A DNA stretch of 64,000 nucleotides. It comes from the human T2T-CHM13v2.0 reference genome, Homo sapiens. Below are positions 1 through 16,573 of this stretch, one piece after another. Both the position numbers and the translations under genes were made by a program. Where the stretch lies: the NCBI RefSeq assembly GCF_009914755.1, contig NC_060944.1. The stretch is one strand, 5' to 3'. Positions within the stretch are counted from its first letter, which is position 1. Each line of letters opens with the position of its first letter. Below the pieces are notes generated by a model. The model saw nothing but the letters and a program-made list of their open reading frames with translations, ran no database searches and was not told the origin of the DNA.

Positions 1-2
1 AC

Positions 3-355
<353 letters not shown>

Positions 356-1884
356 CCTCACATTTTTTTTCATTCCAGCAGACAATGACCTCTCACCTGC
401 CTTGTCAGAGGGCCTTGAAATTTAGCATAAATTGTAATCCCTTGGAGGGACTTGATGCGAATCCCTGGCCTCACCAAGACCACTGGGATCCAGGGCTCTA
501 TGGGCAGAGTCCAAGGACTGACGGCTGTGGGTACCCCATGCTTGTCCGTGGCTCTGGCACTATTGTGGCTGCCTCAGGGGGTTCAGTGAAGAACTGTGCC
601 ATAGCCATTGTGCTGACCATGTGGGTGACATAGCCCTACTCACTGTTAGCAGGAGCTCTGCCCTCTGGGACAGGCACTGGAAGCCTAAGCAAGATGCTAG
701 GCCCAGAGAGGAACCATCCGGGACACTCTCCTGGAAGCGGTGGGTTTCAGCCAGGCCTGAAAGAGTGGGACGGATGTTGCCCAGCTGAGATTGGCAGATG
801 GCATTGTGGATGGGGGAACAGAGCCCACAAAGTGGTGCAGGCAGGAAAAACAGGTTGTGCCTGGTGTGTGGTGTGGGATGAGCTGGTAGATGATATATTG
901 GGAGAAGTAGGTGGGATTTATCTGGATTGTCAAAGACTTGGAATGCTACATCTTATACAAGCCCCTTGATTTCCTCTCTCTGTTTTCCTTCTGTCACTTG
1001 AGTGTTTTAGGACCCATTTTTTTTTAATTCTATGACCCCAATTTCTACTCTTCCCCTCTACTCCAGTTCTTTCCCATCACCTCTCTCCTCTTAAAACTCA
1101 TGCATACCCTGACCTTTCAATCTGTTTCTCATGAAGTGAATCCATGCTGAAGTCACAGTGGCCAAAAATGAGTTGTCACAGGGCTGGGGAGGGGTTTCTT
1201 GTAACAGGGGCCTTCAGTACCTCGGCCCAAGACAGAGACTTCGGTGGTGGAAACTTGGGCAGCACACTGGGGACATTTGAGAGAACATTGACAGGTCTGT
1301 CACTCCAGTGTGTGGTGTGGGCATTTCCAGTCTTTTCCTCCTTCCTGAAGCTTTGCCTGTGCTACTCCCTGTGCTGGGCACTGTCCCTGCCCTCAGAGTG
1401 CTCTGTCTGGTTGGGGAGATGTGGTGGTGCAGGGCTCCCAGATCTCCTGGGGGCAGAACCTCAAGGAAGGCTGAGGATGGTCCATCATCAGCAACCCCAG
1501 CTCCCAGCTGGGGCCTGGGCCAGAGGGTCATTCAGAAGAGTGCTGACCCCCTATGTCTATGGACTTGACTAGAGTCAGGTAATAGGATCAGATTAGAAGC
1601 AAGGCTATTGGGGCTTAGAGGGAGGAAAGATGGATTCTTTAGTGTGTGTGGAAGGGGCAGAGAGAGAGGAGTCAGGGGGCAGATGGGGCCAGATCATGGG
1701 CCACTGAGCACCAGCATCAACCCAGGCCAAGAGAAGCTTGTTTGTCCATTCATTCAACTAGTATTTGTTGAGCACCCACCATGTGCCAAGCCCTGTGCTG
1801 GGGTGCTGTGGAAAATGAAACATGCTCACACAGGCTTGATGGTCAGGGCATGAATTTTGGCACTCTCATGGAAAAGCTGTGGGA

Positions 1885-2565
1885 CTCTGGCTACAAGTGA
1901 CAGGAGACCTCAAAATAATGTGGCTTACAGGTTGGGCAACATAGCAAGACCCCGTCTCCACAAAAAAATTTTAAAAATTAGCCCAACATGGTGACATGCA
2001 CCTGTACTCCCAACTACTCAGGAGGCTGAGGCAGGAGGATCACTTGGGCCCAAAAGTTTGAGGCCACAGTGAGCAGTGATTGTGCCACTGCATCCTAGAT
2101 GACAGAACAAGACACTTAAATAATAATAATAACAGCAGTAGCTTAGATAGGATGAAAATTTATTTATCTCCCAAATATGAGATGGGTAGGCAGTTCAGGG
2201 CCTAATTGGTGTCTCCACGATCATTCAGAACCTAGACTTCTTCAATAAAGAGTTGTTACTGTGCCTTCCATAGAATGGAGCTTCACCTCATGATTCCTGA
2301 TGACTGCTCCAGCTCCACCCATCTTATCCACATTCCAGCCATATTGCATGTATGACCTCTAAGCTGATTTTCTTAGAAACTGCACCTATGACTTCTGTTT
2401 ATATCCTTCTACCAAAAACGTAGTCACATGGCCACACCTATCTGCACAGGAGGGAGGGAAATGTACACTTTATTCTAGATGGCCAAAGGCCCAGCTAAAA
2501 TCAGGAGTTCAGTTACTGAAGAAGGAAGGAGGAGATATGGGGGGACAATTAGCAATGCCTGCCAT
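1885..2565 (-). mobile_element. MaLR solo LTR (MLT1J/K-like), interrupted by a partial AluJ at ~1928-2132
   Basis: MLT1-type motifs caaaataatgtggctta, agtcacatggccacacctatctgcacaggag, cccagctaaaatcaggagttc. Subfamily recalled, not computed. Confidence 0.7.
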
Positions 2566-2720
2566 GCTGTTTCTTCATCTGACTAGAGGTCATTACTCTT
2601 CATTCATTTATCCAACAAATATTTAGTAAGCATTTACTCTGAGCTATGGCCACCTTTTGAGTGCTGTGCCAGCTGTGAACAAAAAAGGCAAAGTCCTTGC
2701 TGTAGCAGAGCTTACTTTCT

Positions 2721-3017
<297 letters not shown>

Positions 3018-3100
3018 GAGCTTACTTTCTAGAAGGGGAAACAGACACTAAACAAACAAATAACATCAAGCAGTGAAAAGTATTATGATTTTAAAAATCA

Positions 3101-3824
<724 letters not shown>

Positions 3825-4011
3825 TTAATGGAAAGGGGGCTCTGAGAAGAGGGAACAGCAAGTGCAAAGGCCCTGAGGCAGGAGTGCGCCTGGTTTGACA
3901 GAGAAACAGGAAGGAGGCCGGAGCTGCTGCAGCAACTTCATGGGTCATCGTGAGGATAAAAAGGGCGATGGATATGACGTGCCCAGCATTCATCCTGGTT
4001 GTTCAACAGAT

Positions 4012-4122
4012 AAGGTACCCACATGTCATGATTTGCCCGGGGCAGTTCTGGAGTAATTACTAACAGCTTCCTTTTCAAGCTCATAAGTATCCCTGTTGGG
4101 ATGATAAAGTATGTGGTCATCA
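4012..4122 (-). mobile_element. Short hAT-Blackjack relic (MER81/MER94-like)
   Basis: Reverse complement reads tgaccacatactttatcatcccaacagggatactt...gccccgggcaaa..., resembling the recalled MER81/94 consensus. Confidence 0.55.
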
Positions 4123-5558
4123 CATCAATAAATAATAGCTATTTATTGGGAAACTAAATTCCCCAAGGTATTTCCGGGAAAGCAGCATCGCCGCGTCCCA
4201 GGGGATGGGCTGTCCTCCCCTGACTGCCATATACTCCCAACCCCTGCCCCGTGTTTCCGCCCTGAAGGAGCAGCCCCATCAGGCACAGCTGTGCTGATGC
4301 CGGCCCCTCATCCCCACAGGCTCCCAAGCAGGTGAGTGCACCAGCATCTCACAGTTCCCACATTTTTAGCCTGTGGGTCTCAAGCGGCTTCTGGTGTCCC
4401 TCAGACATGTATCTAGAGGAGGTGCCATGGGGACAGGACGGGGATCTGCACAGGGACCCAGAAGGCTGGCGGGTGCCAAGCCTGGATCGTCCCCCGAGCT
4501 CAGCTTGCCCTTAGGCCCCCCAGCCCTTCGGCATCAGTTTCTCTTTGTGTGCTAGAGACAGTTTCCTTGTGGATATAGGGTAGCGGATGAGTAGCCCAGC
4601 AGCTGTGGGAGGCGGGAGCAAGTGCCTGGGTGAGAGCAGTCCCTCCTGGGTGGGGCAGTGGGGTCCTGTGACCTTATCCATCCACCTGGCCCTGAGGAGG
4701 CCCCTTCTCCATCCCCAGCACCTGCCCCATCCTGACTCCGCTGACACTCAGAATTCAACTTCCTTCAATATCTCAATTTGCAGGTGCTTAATGAAAATGC
4801 ATGCCTCACTTCCCTGGACTGTGAAATGGGCCTGATAGTGTCCATCTGTCATTTCCCTGGGGTGAATCAGATGATACAATGGCTGACAAGGGCATGCCCT
4901 CTGTACCAGGGCAGCAGGTGGGGAAGGGGCCTATCATGACCTCCTTTGTTCCAAAAAGTATCAGCCCAGGCCTCTGCACACAGTAGGTGATCACAAAGTG
5001 CTTCTCACAGCAGATGGCAGAGATGTGATGTGTGCTGAGGACTGCTGACCAGTTTGGCTCAGTCTCCCTTTTGCAGATGCTGGAGGGGACTGTCCCTCAC
5101 TGCCTGACTCCTTCCCCAGTGGGCTGTGGGCCTCTGCTGCCCCAGAGGCTGCTTGTGATTGGGGGAAGGAGGGCTGTCCCTGCCAGCACCACAAGCCCCT
5201 CACTCTGGAATCCCAAAGGCCTAGGGAGTCAGGTGCCACGCCGGGGCAGCTGCATTGTTGGTTCAGAGGTATCTGTGGGCCCAGACACATCTAAGCTTTA
5301 ATCTCAACTCCAGCGTGTGCCGCCTGCCCTCCGGCGAGTGACTTCACCTCTCACAACTTCCAGTTCCTCTTCTGTGAAATGGGGATCGTAAGAGAGGCTG
5401 CTCCAGGAGTGGTTGGGGGCCCCCCTGCCTGGCACAGAGGAGGGAGTGGCACCCACTGCTCCCACTCTGTTGGGATTACTGCCATCTTTGTGCCATCTTT
5501 TCTGGGAGGGCAAGACCTGGGGTGTCATCCGTACTTATAAATGGCAGACCCCCTACAA

Positions 5559-6025
5559 GAGGGGTCCCCAACCCTTGGGCCATGACCAGTGCTGGTCCGT
5601 GGCCTGTTAGGAACTGGGCTGCACAGCAGGAAGTGAGTGGCGGGCCTGTTAGATCCACCTCCTGTTAGATCAGCGGCGGCATTCGATTCTCATAGGAGCT
5701 CGAACCCTATTGTGAACTGCACATGTGAGGGATCTAGGCTGAGCTCTCCTTATGAGAATCTAATATCTGATGATCTGTCAGTGTTGCCCATCACCCCCAG
5801 ATGGGACCATCTAGTTGCAGGAAAATAAGCTCAGGGCTCCAACTGATTCTGCGTTATGGTGAGTTGTATAATTATTTCATTATATATTACAATGTAATAA
5901 TAATAGCATAAAGTGCACAATAAATGTAATGCGCTTGAATCATCCGGAAACCAGCCCCCCTCATCTGTGGAAAAACTATTTTCCATGAAACCGGTTCCTG
6001 GTGGCGAAAAGGTTGGGGACCACTG
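5559..6025 (+). mobile_element. MER1A hAT-Charlie non-autonomous DNA transposon
   Basis: Terminal inverted repeats GAGGGGTCCCCAACC / GGTTGGGGACCACTG; 8-bp TSD ccctacaa (5551-5558) / ccctacca (6026-6033); MER1 internal motif gattctcataggagc...gaaccctattgtgaactgc. Confidence 0.9.
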
Positions 6026-6062
6026 CCCTACCAGACAGCAGGGCAGGTGCAAGGTCACAGTC

Positions 6063-7100
6063 TTTGATTTGTTCGATGGATATTTCCTAAGCAATTACTA
6101 TGCCCCAGACACTGTGCTGGGGGCTGCAGATGTGTTGGTGGGGAAGAGAAACAATGTCTCCCCACCTGGAGCTCGCTTTAGAAATGGGGGCTCCTCCAAA
6201 CCCACCTGTGGGTGTGATGTGCTGCCGGCCGGGTGGTGTGAGTGCTAAGAGGCAAAACGACCAGGACAAAGTGCGAGGAAGCCCAGGCAGGTGAGACAGG
6301 GTGTCTGGTCTGGGTCCAGGAAGGCCTCTCTGAGGAGGTGACAGCTACAGAAGCTCAGAGGAATGAGGGAGGGAGAGAACCCCGGGTGATCCAGGGAAGA
6401 GTGGTCCTGGCAGCGGAAACAGCAAGTGCAAAGGGCCTGGGGTGGAGCAGCTGCAACTGAAGAAGAGGTGGGAGGCCAGAGTTGGGGAAGGAGGGCATGA
6501 TGGTGAGAGTGGGCGATGGCAGAGACGCACATGGGGACCAGACCTTGTGGGGCCCTGTAAGCCAGGGTGAGGTCTCAGCCTCCACTCAGTGAGATGGGAG
6601 CCACTGAGGGCTTTGAGCAGAGACTGTGTCTCAACAGGACTATCTGGCTGCAGTGTGGAGACTGGACTGAAGGGATCATGAGTGCAGGCAGGGAGGCCAA
6701 GGGGCCTCTAATTTGGGGGAGAGGTGACCGTGGCTGGGACTCGGTGGCAGAGGTGGGGGTGGGGAGGGCCGGCTGGATTCTAGAGATGTTTTGAAGGGAA
6801 GAGAAGCAGGATTTCCTGGAGGACTGAGTGTGGGGCGAGAGAGAGGAGTCCAGGAAGACGGGAAAGTTTTTGTCCCGAGAAAAAGAAACTAGAGCTACCC
6901 TCAAGTGGGATGGGGAAAACTACAGGAGGAGCAGGTTCAGGAGAGGAAGGGAAGGCGGTGAAAATTGTCTGATACCTTGTAGACATCCAGGTGGACAGGC
7001 CCAGCAGGCAGTGCTGCATGGAGATGTCTAGAGTTTGGGGGAGGCCAGGCTGGATGTGCCAGTGAGCAGGATAGGAGGCTGGAAGGGTCGCCAGGGAGTG
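6063..7100 (-). mobile_element. L2 LINE fragment (~1 kb)
   Basis: Ordered L2 3' motifs: actatgccccagacactgtgctgg, ggaaggcctctctgaggaggtgac, gaacagcaagtgcaaagg, gggagccactgagggctttgagcag, agacatccaggtgga. Confidence 0.8.
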
Positions 7101-8531
7101 AGAGCTGGGGTCTCTTCAGGCAGGGAGGTGTGGGTGACGGGAAGCATGTCTGCTGAACTGAAAGTCTAGATGTTGGTCTGAGTTATAAAGACATAAAGAA
7201 CGGGACTCTTGCTGTCATAACATCCACAAGAGGGGGGCTACGGAAATGAGTGGCTGCTCAGCAGGCCCAGGTTCTGCGCTGCCCTCACCTCCTCCTGCGT
7301 CCACTGTGTGGCCTTGCTAATGCACCTGCCCCCTCTGGACCTTGATTCCTTGACTCTGGTGAATCATCCTTTTGGCATCTCCCATGGAGATGCTGGGGCA
7401 GCCTCAGAGACTTCAGGTGGCCTAGAACCATGGAAAATGGGGAGAAGGGGTGGCCAGGGGTACCCGACGAGCTCAGAGCAGAGGGTGGGGAGAAAGCTGG
7501 GCCTGCAGAGCGGCTTTCCTGGAGGGGTTTTAGACAGGGCAGCCATGGCTCAGAGAGAGGAAGACCCCCTCCAACCCACACTGCCCTGCGGCAGGTCCTG
7601 CTGGGATGACTGAGAGGGGGCGGCTCTGGCAGGAGTCACACGGTGACCTCAGCTGTCCCTGAAAAGTGGCTGAGTCAGCATCTGGGCTGGGCTGGGCTTC
7701 AGTGCCCAGGTGCGTCTTCTCCATGGCCAGGCAGGAGAGGGAAGGCCCCTTCTGCTGTCTCCCCAGCCCTGGGGCCTTTTTTCTGCTGCTGATCTTTTTG
7801 AGGACTCTTTTTTCTTTTCACCATGAAGGGCAGAAGCATTTCTTGTAAGCACCTGGTTACAAACTCAGCACATGCAGGCCACAGGGGGCCCAGGAGCCGT
7901 ACAGCTGGGGAAGCTGAGGCCTGGTGCTGGAGAGAGACTTGCCCTGGTCACAAGAGTTGGAACAGAGCTGGGGCTCCAACCTGTGTCCGCCACTTTGCCA
8001 TTCAGAACTCTGAGGAACTTAGGGGACCAGCGGAGGAAGAGGAGCCGGCAAAGGCAGTGAGAAGTTGCAGCAGCTCTGATGACTGGCTTGGCCCAAGGGG
8101 CAGGAGGCCACACCTGCCAGGGGCTTCCTATAGATCCAGTTCTGTACAGAATGTCCTGTGTGCTCCTGTCCACAGCTGTGCCATCATCATGTCCATCTGA
8201 GTCAGAGAGGTTGAGCGTCTTACCTAAGGTCACCCAGCAAATGAGGGGCAGAAGTGGGTTTGCATCCAGGTCAGCTCCCTCGAGCGCCTGCTGTTTCCCC
8301 AGCTGCCCCTTGACAACTGTGGAGAACAAAACGGGAGGCCAGCAGGGGTCAGGTGGGGATGGCCGTAGGAAGGACAGAGTTCTGTGCCGGCCGGCCTCCC
8401 GCCTCAGGCCACATTCTCTCTGGGGGACTTGTCAACTCCACTGGTGTCCCTCTGAACACCCACAGTCCCCATACCTGCAGCTCCACCCCTGGCCTTTCCC
8501 TGGGGTTCTCCTGGACCGCATTCCCAATGTC

Positions 8532-8783
8532 CTGATTGAGCCCAGGAGTTCAAAGCTGCCGTGAGCTGTTATCACCCCACTGCACTCCAGCCTGGGTGAC
8601 AGAGCCAGACCCCATCTGTAGAAAACAAAACAAACAAAATCAAACAAACAGCTTTATTTGAGTACTGTTTACACTCCATAAAATTCACCTATTTTAAGCA
8701 TTCTCTTTAATGAGTTTTAATAAATTTTTGCAGTGCACAACAAACACCGCAATTCAAAAGTTCCCTCTGTCCATTTGTAGTTG
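8532..8783 (+). repeat. Local duplicate of 9152-9424 (Alu right-arm end plus adjacent L1M sequence)
   Basis: About 87% identical by manual alignment and crosses the same Alu/L1 junction. Confidence 0.9.
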
Positions 8784-8941
8784 CTCAGCACATCCGGACT
8801 GACTCCTGCATTTGTCCATAGGTCTTCTCTTGCCACTCTGTCCCCTGACTAGTGAGTGGCACTATCTGGAGTTGACCCTCGTGGCTGCACCCAGGATCCC
8901 CTCACTGCATCTCCACTAGCCTTTTTAAAAAACAGCTGTAT

Positions 8942-9285
8942 TGCTGGGCACAGTGGCTTGTATCTGTAATCCCTGCTATTCAGGAGGCTGAGGCAGGAGA
9001 GTCACTTGAGCCTAAGAGTTTGAGACCAACCTGGACAACATAGTGAGACCCCCCTCATCTCTTAAAAATGAAAAAAGAAAAGAAAAAAATTGGCCAGGCG
9101 TGGTGGCGTGTGCCTGTAGTCCCAGCTACTCAGGAGGCTGAGGTGAGAGGACTGATTGAGCCCAGGAGTTCAGAGCTACAGTGAGCTATGATCACCCCAC
9201 TACACTCCAGCCTGGGTGACAGAGTGAGACCCTGTCTACAGAAAACAAAACAAAACAGATAAAAACAAAACAGATAAAATCAAAA
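8942..9285 (+). mobile_element. AluJ inserted in the 3' end of an L1M
   Basis: Two Alu arms with a CAAAA-type tail. Confidence 0.9.
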
Positions 9286-10112
9286 CAAGCAACTTTATGG
9301 AAGGGCTGTTTACACGCCATAAAATCCAACTATTTTAAGCATTCTCTTTGATGAGTTTTAATAAATTTATGCAATGTGCAGCCAACACCACAATTCAAAA
9401 GCTCCCTCTGTCCATTTGTAGTTGGTCCCCACTCCCACCCCTGGCCCCAGGCAACCACTGATCTGCTTTGTCTCTATAGTTTTACCTTTTCTAAAAAGGA
9501 AGTAAATGGAGACATATAACATGTAGTCTTCACGTCTAGCTTCATTCACTCAGCATAATGATTTTTTTTCTTGTTCTTTTTTCTTTCTTTCTTTCTTTTT
9601 TTTTTTTTTTAAGAGACAGGGTCTCACTCTGTCTTCCAGGCTGGAGTGCAGTGGCACGATCGTGGTTCACTGCAGCCTCGACCTCCCAGGCTCAACGATC
9701 CTCTCACCTCAGCCTCCTGAGTAACTCGGACTACAGATGCATCCTACCATGCCCAGCTAATTTTTGTGGTTTTCGTAGAGGCATGGTTTCACCATTTTGC
9801 CCAGGCTGGTCTTAAACTCCTAGGCTCAAGCAGTCTTCCTGCCTCAGCCTCCCAAAGTATTGGGATTACAGGCGTCAGCCACTGAGCCCAGCAGCATCAT
9901 GTTTTTGATGTTCATCTATGTTGTTGCATGTATCAGTGCTTTATTCCTTTTTAGTGCTGAGTAATATTCCATTTTATGGACATTCCACATTTTGCTTATC
10001 TGTTTGCTGGTCAATGGGCATTTGAATTATTTCCAGTTTGGGGCTATTATGAATAATGCTGCTATGAACATTCACGTACAAGTCTTCATGGGGACATATG
10101 TTTTCATTTCTC
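9286..10112 (-). mobile_element. L1M (L1MB/ME-like) 3' fragment, interrupted by an antisense AluJ at ~9562-9892
   Basis: ggcaaccactgatctgctttgtctctatag, gtttccagtttggggctattatgaataatgctgctatgaacatt-type motifs; Alu TSD-like cagcat(a/c)atg. Confidence 0.85.
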
Positions 10113-10129
10113 CCATATAACCTCCCTTT

Positions 10130-10907
<778 letters not shown>

Positions 10908-10930
10908 CGTTGTTGTTTTTGTTTGTATCT

Positions 10931-11103
10931 CAGGGGTCAGCAAACTATGGCCTATGGGCAGCCTGTTTTTGTAAAAAAAAAAAAAAAAAAGTTAGAACAC
11001 GCCACTTACTAATGTATTGTCAATGGCTGCTTTGCAGTGCCATATGGCTTGCAAGCCTGAAATATTCACCATCAGCCTTTTAAGAAAAAGTTTCAGGCCC
11101 CTG
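10931..11103 (+). mobile_element. MER58A-like hAT-Charlie relic
   Basis: caggggtcagcaaactatggcc ... gcctgaaatattcac ... aagaaaaagttt...cccctg termini. Confidence 0.75.
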
Positions 11104-11129
11104 TTATAACCAAAAGCTTAGTATTCAGT

Positions 11130-11720
11130 ATATCCCCCAGTCATCAGGACAGAAATCTGGGAATCATCCCTGAATCCTCCCTCTACCTCATTCCCCACAT
11201 CAAACCAGCCCCAAATTGGATTGATTTTTTAGTCTACGTGTCTCCTGAATCTGTCTGCTGTCTTCAGGCCCCAGTATCCTAGGTGAACCATTGTCAGCTC
11301 TCGCCTGGATCTCGCCACCCACCTCTAGACTACCCCACAAAGCTGCTGGGTGATCTTTCTCCCACACACATTTGACGAAGCCTCCATTGCTCCCAGGGTA
11401 AAGGCCAGACTCCCTGGACTGGCACTGCAGGACCCTCGTGAGCGAGCCCCCACCTGCATTTCCAGCCCCGTCTCTCCCCTCTCTCCTCTCGTCCTCCCCC
11501 AGAGCACACAGACCAGCACCTGACTTGTGCAGAAGTTCCCAAACATGGCGTGCTCTGTCCCTCTTCCCGCCTTTTGTACCAGCTGTTCCTTCTGCCTCCA
11601 ATGCCCTTCCCACTTTGCCCACCTAGTGGACACCTGTGTATCCTCTAAGGCCCAGCCAAAGCCTCGCCTCCTTTTTTGTTGTTTCTAAAATCACCCCAAC
11701 CTGGGTCAGGGCTCCCATAA
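11130..11720 (+). mobile_element. L2 LINE fragment
   Basis: agaaatctgggaatcatccctgaatcctccctc ... gctgttccttctgcctccaatgcccttccc. Confidence 0.7.
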
Positions 11721-12821
11721 GCCCTTGGGGCTCAAGAAGTGTTGGTTTGCAATACAGTATTTCTGCCTTTTGCTGCAAAGCCACTGTGAGGAATCCAAAG
11801 AAGGTTTGAACAAGGCAGGGAGGAAGAGCATGGCTGTGGACTGTCAGAGCTCGGTGTGAACAAGGGGACATAGAAGGACTGGAACTGCTTGAGTTTCCAA
11901 GGCCCAAAGACCCCAGGCAGGAGCATCTTTAGGAAGTGCATAGAAATGCCTCCTAAGATGAACAAAATGAACCAACGATGAGGTCGGAGAATGGTTCCGA
12001 GAAAAGAAAAGTAGGGCAGGTGAGAGTGGGCCACTGTGGCAGGCCCTGAGAGTGCGGAATAGAAACAAAGGGATTACAGGGAAATGTCATTAAAGTGAAG
12101 ATTTTCCACAGACTTTGGAAGTCAGCAAGTGGGACGGGAGGAGACCAGATGGCCGGTGAGGGGGCTGCGGATCCCGTCGGAAAGTTTAAGGTTTTACAAG
12201 ACTAGCCCTTTGGAGGGCTTAGGGAACATCTGACTTCTAGGTTCTCAACTGAAAATAAATTTGGGTACCAGCTGGCTGGGTCCTGAGTGAACCTTCCCAA
12301 GAAGCAACTGTGGTGGATTCAGGGGAGCACTGGACAGGGAGTCCGAGCCAGCTCTGCTGTCACTGGCTGTATGGTTCTTGGCTGCCATGTCCCGGGGTTT
12401 AGGGCTGTGGCCCATACTCACTGCTAATTCTGGAAGTGAATCCAGGACACAGAAAACCAGAAACCAGTCAAGGCCCGACCTCCCCCATGGGGCCACAGTG
12501 AGGCACGCATGAGACAGTGGATATGAAAATGCAAACTGCAGTGCGGTGGCCCCACATCACTGTCCCTCCTCTCACTCCTCCAGCTGAGTCCATCCCCGTC
12601 CTCGTGGCTCCCCAGCTGATGCATGAACCTCACTCTTACGCTACTCTGTTGTGGAACATAATGTATGGCACATCTCTTCTCCTGTCAGACCCTGAGTACC
12701 TGAGGACAGGGACAAGCATGTTGGGCTCCTGTCCCCAACATGTGTTGCAGTGCCTGGCCCAGAGCAGGGATTCGGCAACTATTTCTTGAAGGACTTTGAA
12801 TTGTAAAGAAATAGTTAACTT

Positions 12822-13157
<336 letters not shown>

Positions 13158-13329
13158 TTATAAAAGCAGGAACCAGGTAGATCATGGTAGAAATCTTTCT
13201 GACAAATTGACAAAATGTTTTGTGAGTTTTTAAAAAATATGAGCATGCCAGAAATGCTCAAGAAGAAGTGGAACTCAAGCAGTTCCAGTCCTTCCAGTCT
13301 GGGATTGAGAATGCTAAAAGCTACCTGGC

Positions 13330-13725
<396 letters not shown>

Positions 13726-13799
13726 CTTCCATGCCTTGAAAATCCGTGCCCATGTGTTATTTTAAGCCCTGATCCTTCCGCAGGGGCTTCTGAGACTTA

Positions 13800-14020
13800 G
13801 GGAGAGATCTGGGGCTCTGGAATCTGACCCAGAGTTCGAATCCCTGCTCAGCCATTTGCTTGCTGTGTAGCCTGAGGCAAAGGAACTTCCTTCTCCTTTC
13901 TGAGGCTCGGTGTCCTCATTTGTGGCCTACACAAAGCTGTGGGTTCAAGGAGAAAGCTAGGTAAAGGGCTTCCCAGTTGGTACTGCGTGCAAGGACCTGC
14001 TATGAGGCACATAGCGGTGT
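13800..14020 (+). mobile_element. MIR SINE
   Basis: gggctctggaatctgacccagagttcgaatccctgctcagccatttgcttgctgtgt core. Confidence 0.7.
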
Positions 14021-14334
14021 TCCTAGAGCTGTGAGAGACTGCACAGGCTGTTCCTATCAGAACATTGCCGGAGGGGACGCCTCCCAGGCCCTTGCAGCTT
14101 GGAGCCACTGCCCAAGCTTCTCAAAATGAGGCAAGGCATGCTGGGAGTTCATCGGGCACTGGGGGCTGATCTGGAGCAGTGGCCAGTGGGTGTGACTGGC
14201 TTGGAGCAGTTGGTAGGTGAGGTCAAGGCTAGAACTGGTAAGGCTGGGAGGAAGGGCCAGCCCGCTGAATCCTGGGTAGGGGCATGCGTCCTCTCTGCAT
14301 AAAACTCCATTGTCTACTAGCTGATTAGGGGATC

Positions 14335-14590
14335 ATAATACGAATACAAGGAGTCATAGCAGCTTTATACTCCTTGAACATTTCCTGTCTACCAGACACT
14401 GTGCTAAGAGATATACTATGTGTATGCATTAGCTCTGCCCTCACAGCAACCCTTTGTAATAGGTATGTTATTATTCCCATTTTGCAGACAGGGAACACTG
14501 AGGCCAGTTGTCCAAGGTCACACAGCTATGAGGCGGTAGAGCTGGTATCTGACCCCAGGCTGTTTAGCTCCACAGAGTCAATGCTGGGAT
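14335..14590 (-). mobile_element. MIR SINE
   Basis: attattcccattttgcagacagggaacactgaggcc...tccaaggtcacacagcta. Confidence 0.8.
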
Positions 14591-15579
14591 AAAGTCCAGC
14601 CCCTGACCCGGTCCTCCAGGCCGTGTGGAGCCAGCCTCAGTTGCCCTTTCCACCTTCATCTCTGTCACTCCTCATCTTCTGGTCAAGTTCCTCAGACATC
14701 CCAGGTGTCTCCCTCCAATGTCTGTGCCCTTGTTCACACTCCTGGTCCCCTCCAGCCTCTGCAGACTCCTGTTCACCTGCCACGACCCCGTTCTGGTGTG
14801 TGAGCATCCCGAGGCTGGGAATGGGTTTAAGTTGTTTTCATGTCATAAAGTCCTGCACGTGGCTTGGGGCGTCAGGGCCATGGCGAATTGTGGGTGGCGG
14901 CTTGGTGGGTGGGTGATGAGTAGCTGGAAGGGTGGGGGGAGTAGATGAAGGGTGAACCAAGGGGCGGGTGGACAGACTGGTGGAAGAGTGGGTGGGTGGC
15001 ATGTGCTGCAGTGCCCTCAGTGGGGCGGGGCCTGAGCAGAGCATGGGGGGCTGGACATGGGGAGGGATGGCGGCAGGGAGGGGTCTAGGGTGATGCCTAC
15101 TTTTCTAGCTTGGGGTCTTGAGTGAATCATGGTGTCATCAGGGCAGGGTGGGTTTAGGGGAGAAGGGGATGAGGTCCATTTTGGACATGGGGGTGTGACG
15201 GGCCAAGGGTTCAGGAGGCCGCTGGGGAGATGAGCCTCAGGTTCAGAGGTGACCTCGGGCTGCACAGAGAGACTCGGGAGGTCAGTATGGGTGGTGATTC
15301 GAGTCGTGGGGGCCAATGGCGTCACCACCTGGGAGCTGGGCATGGGGTGAGAAGGACTCAGGACAGAGGAACAGCCACATCTCAGAGCCAGCAAAGGAGG
15401 GGGAAGAATTATAGTCCCCCAGATAGAAAAGCCAGGAGTGTCAGAGCAACAGAAGAGTCTTGCGGAGAGGAGAAACAAGGTGTTGGGGGTGTAAGAAGCC
15501 CCCAGGGCATGAGGGAACTCCGTCAGTGCTATTTTAAAAAAACTATTTTTCCATTTCAGTTCAACTTTACAAATATTTA

Positions 15580-16573
<994 letters not shown>

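Noticed and set aside
5007-5020. CTCF-like ACAGCAGATGGCAG; other partial matches near 5325, 55745 and 57220
   Set aside because: Each misses conserved positions; cannot be separated from chance without PWM scores or ChIP data.
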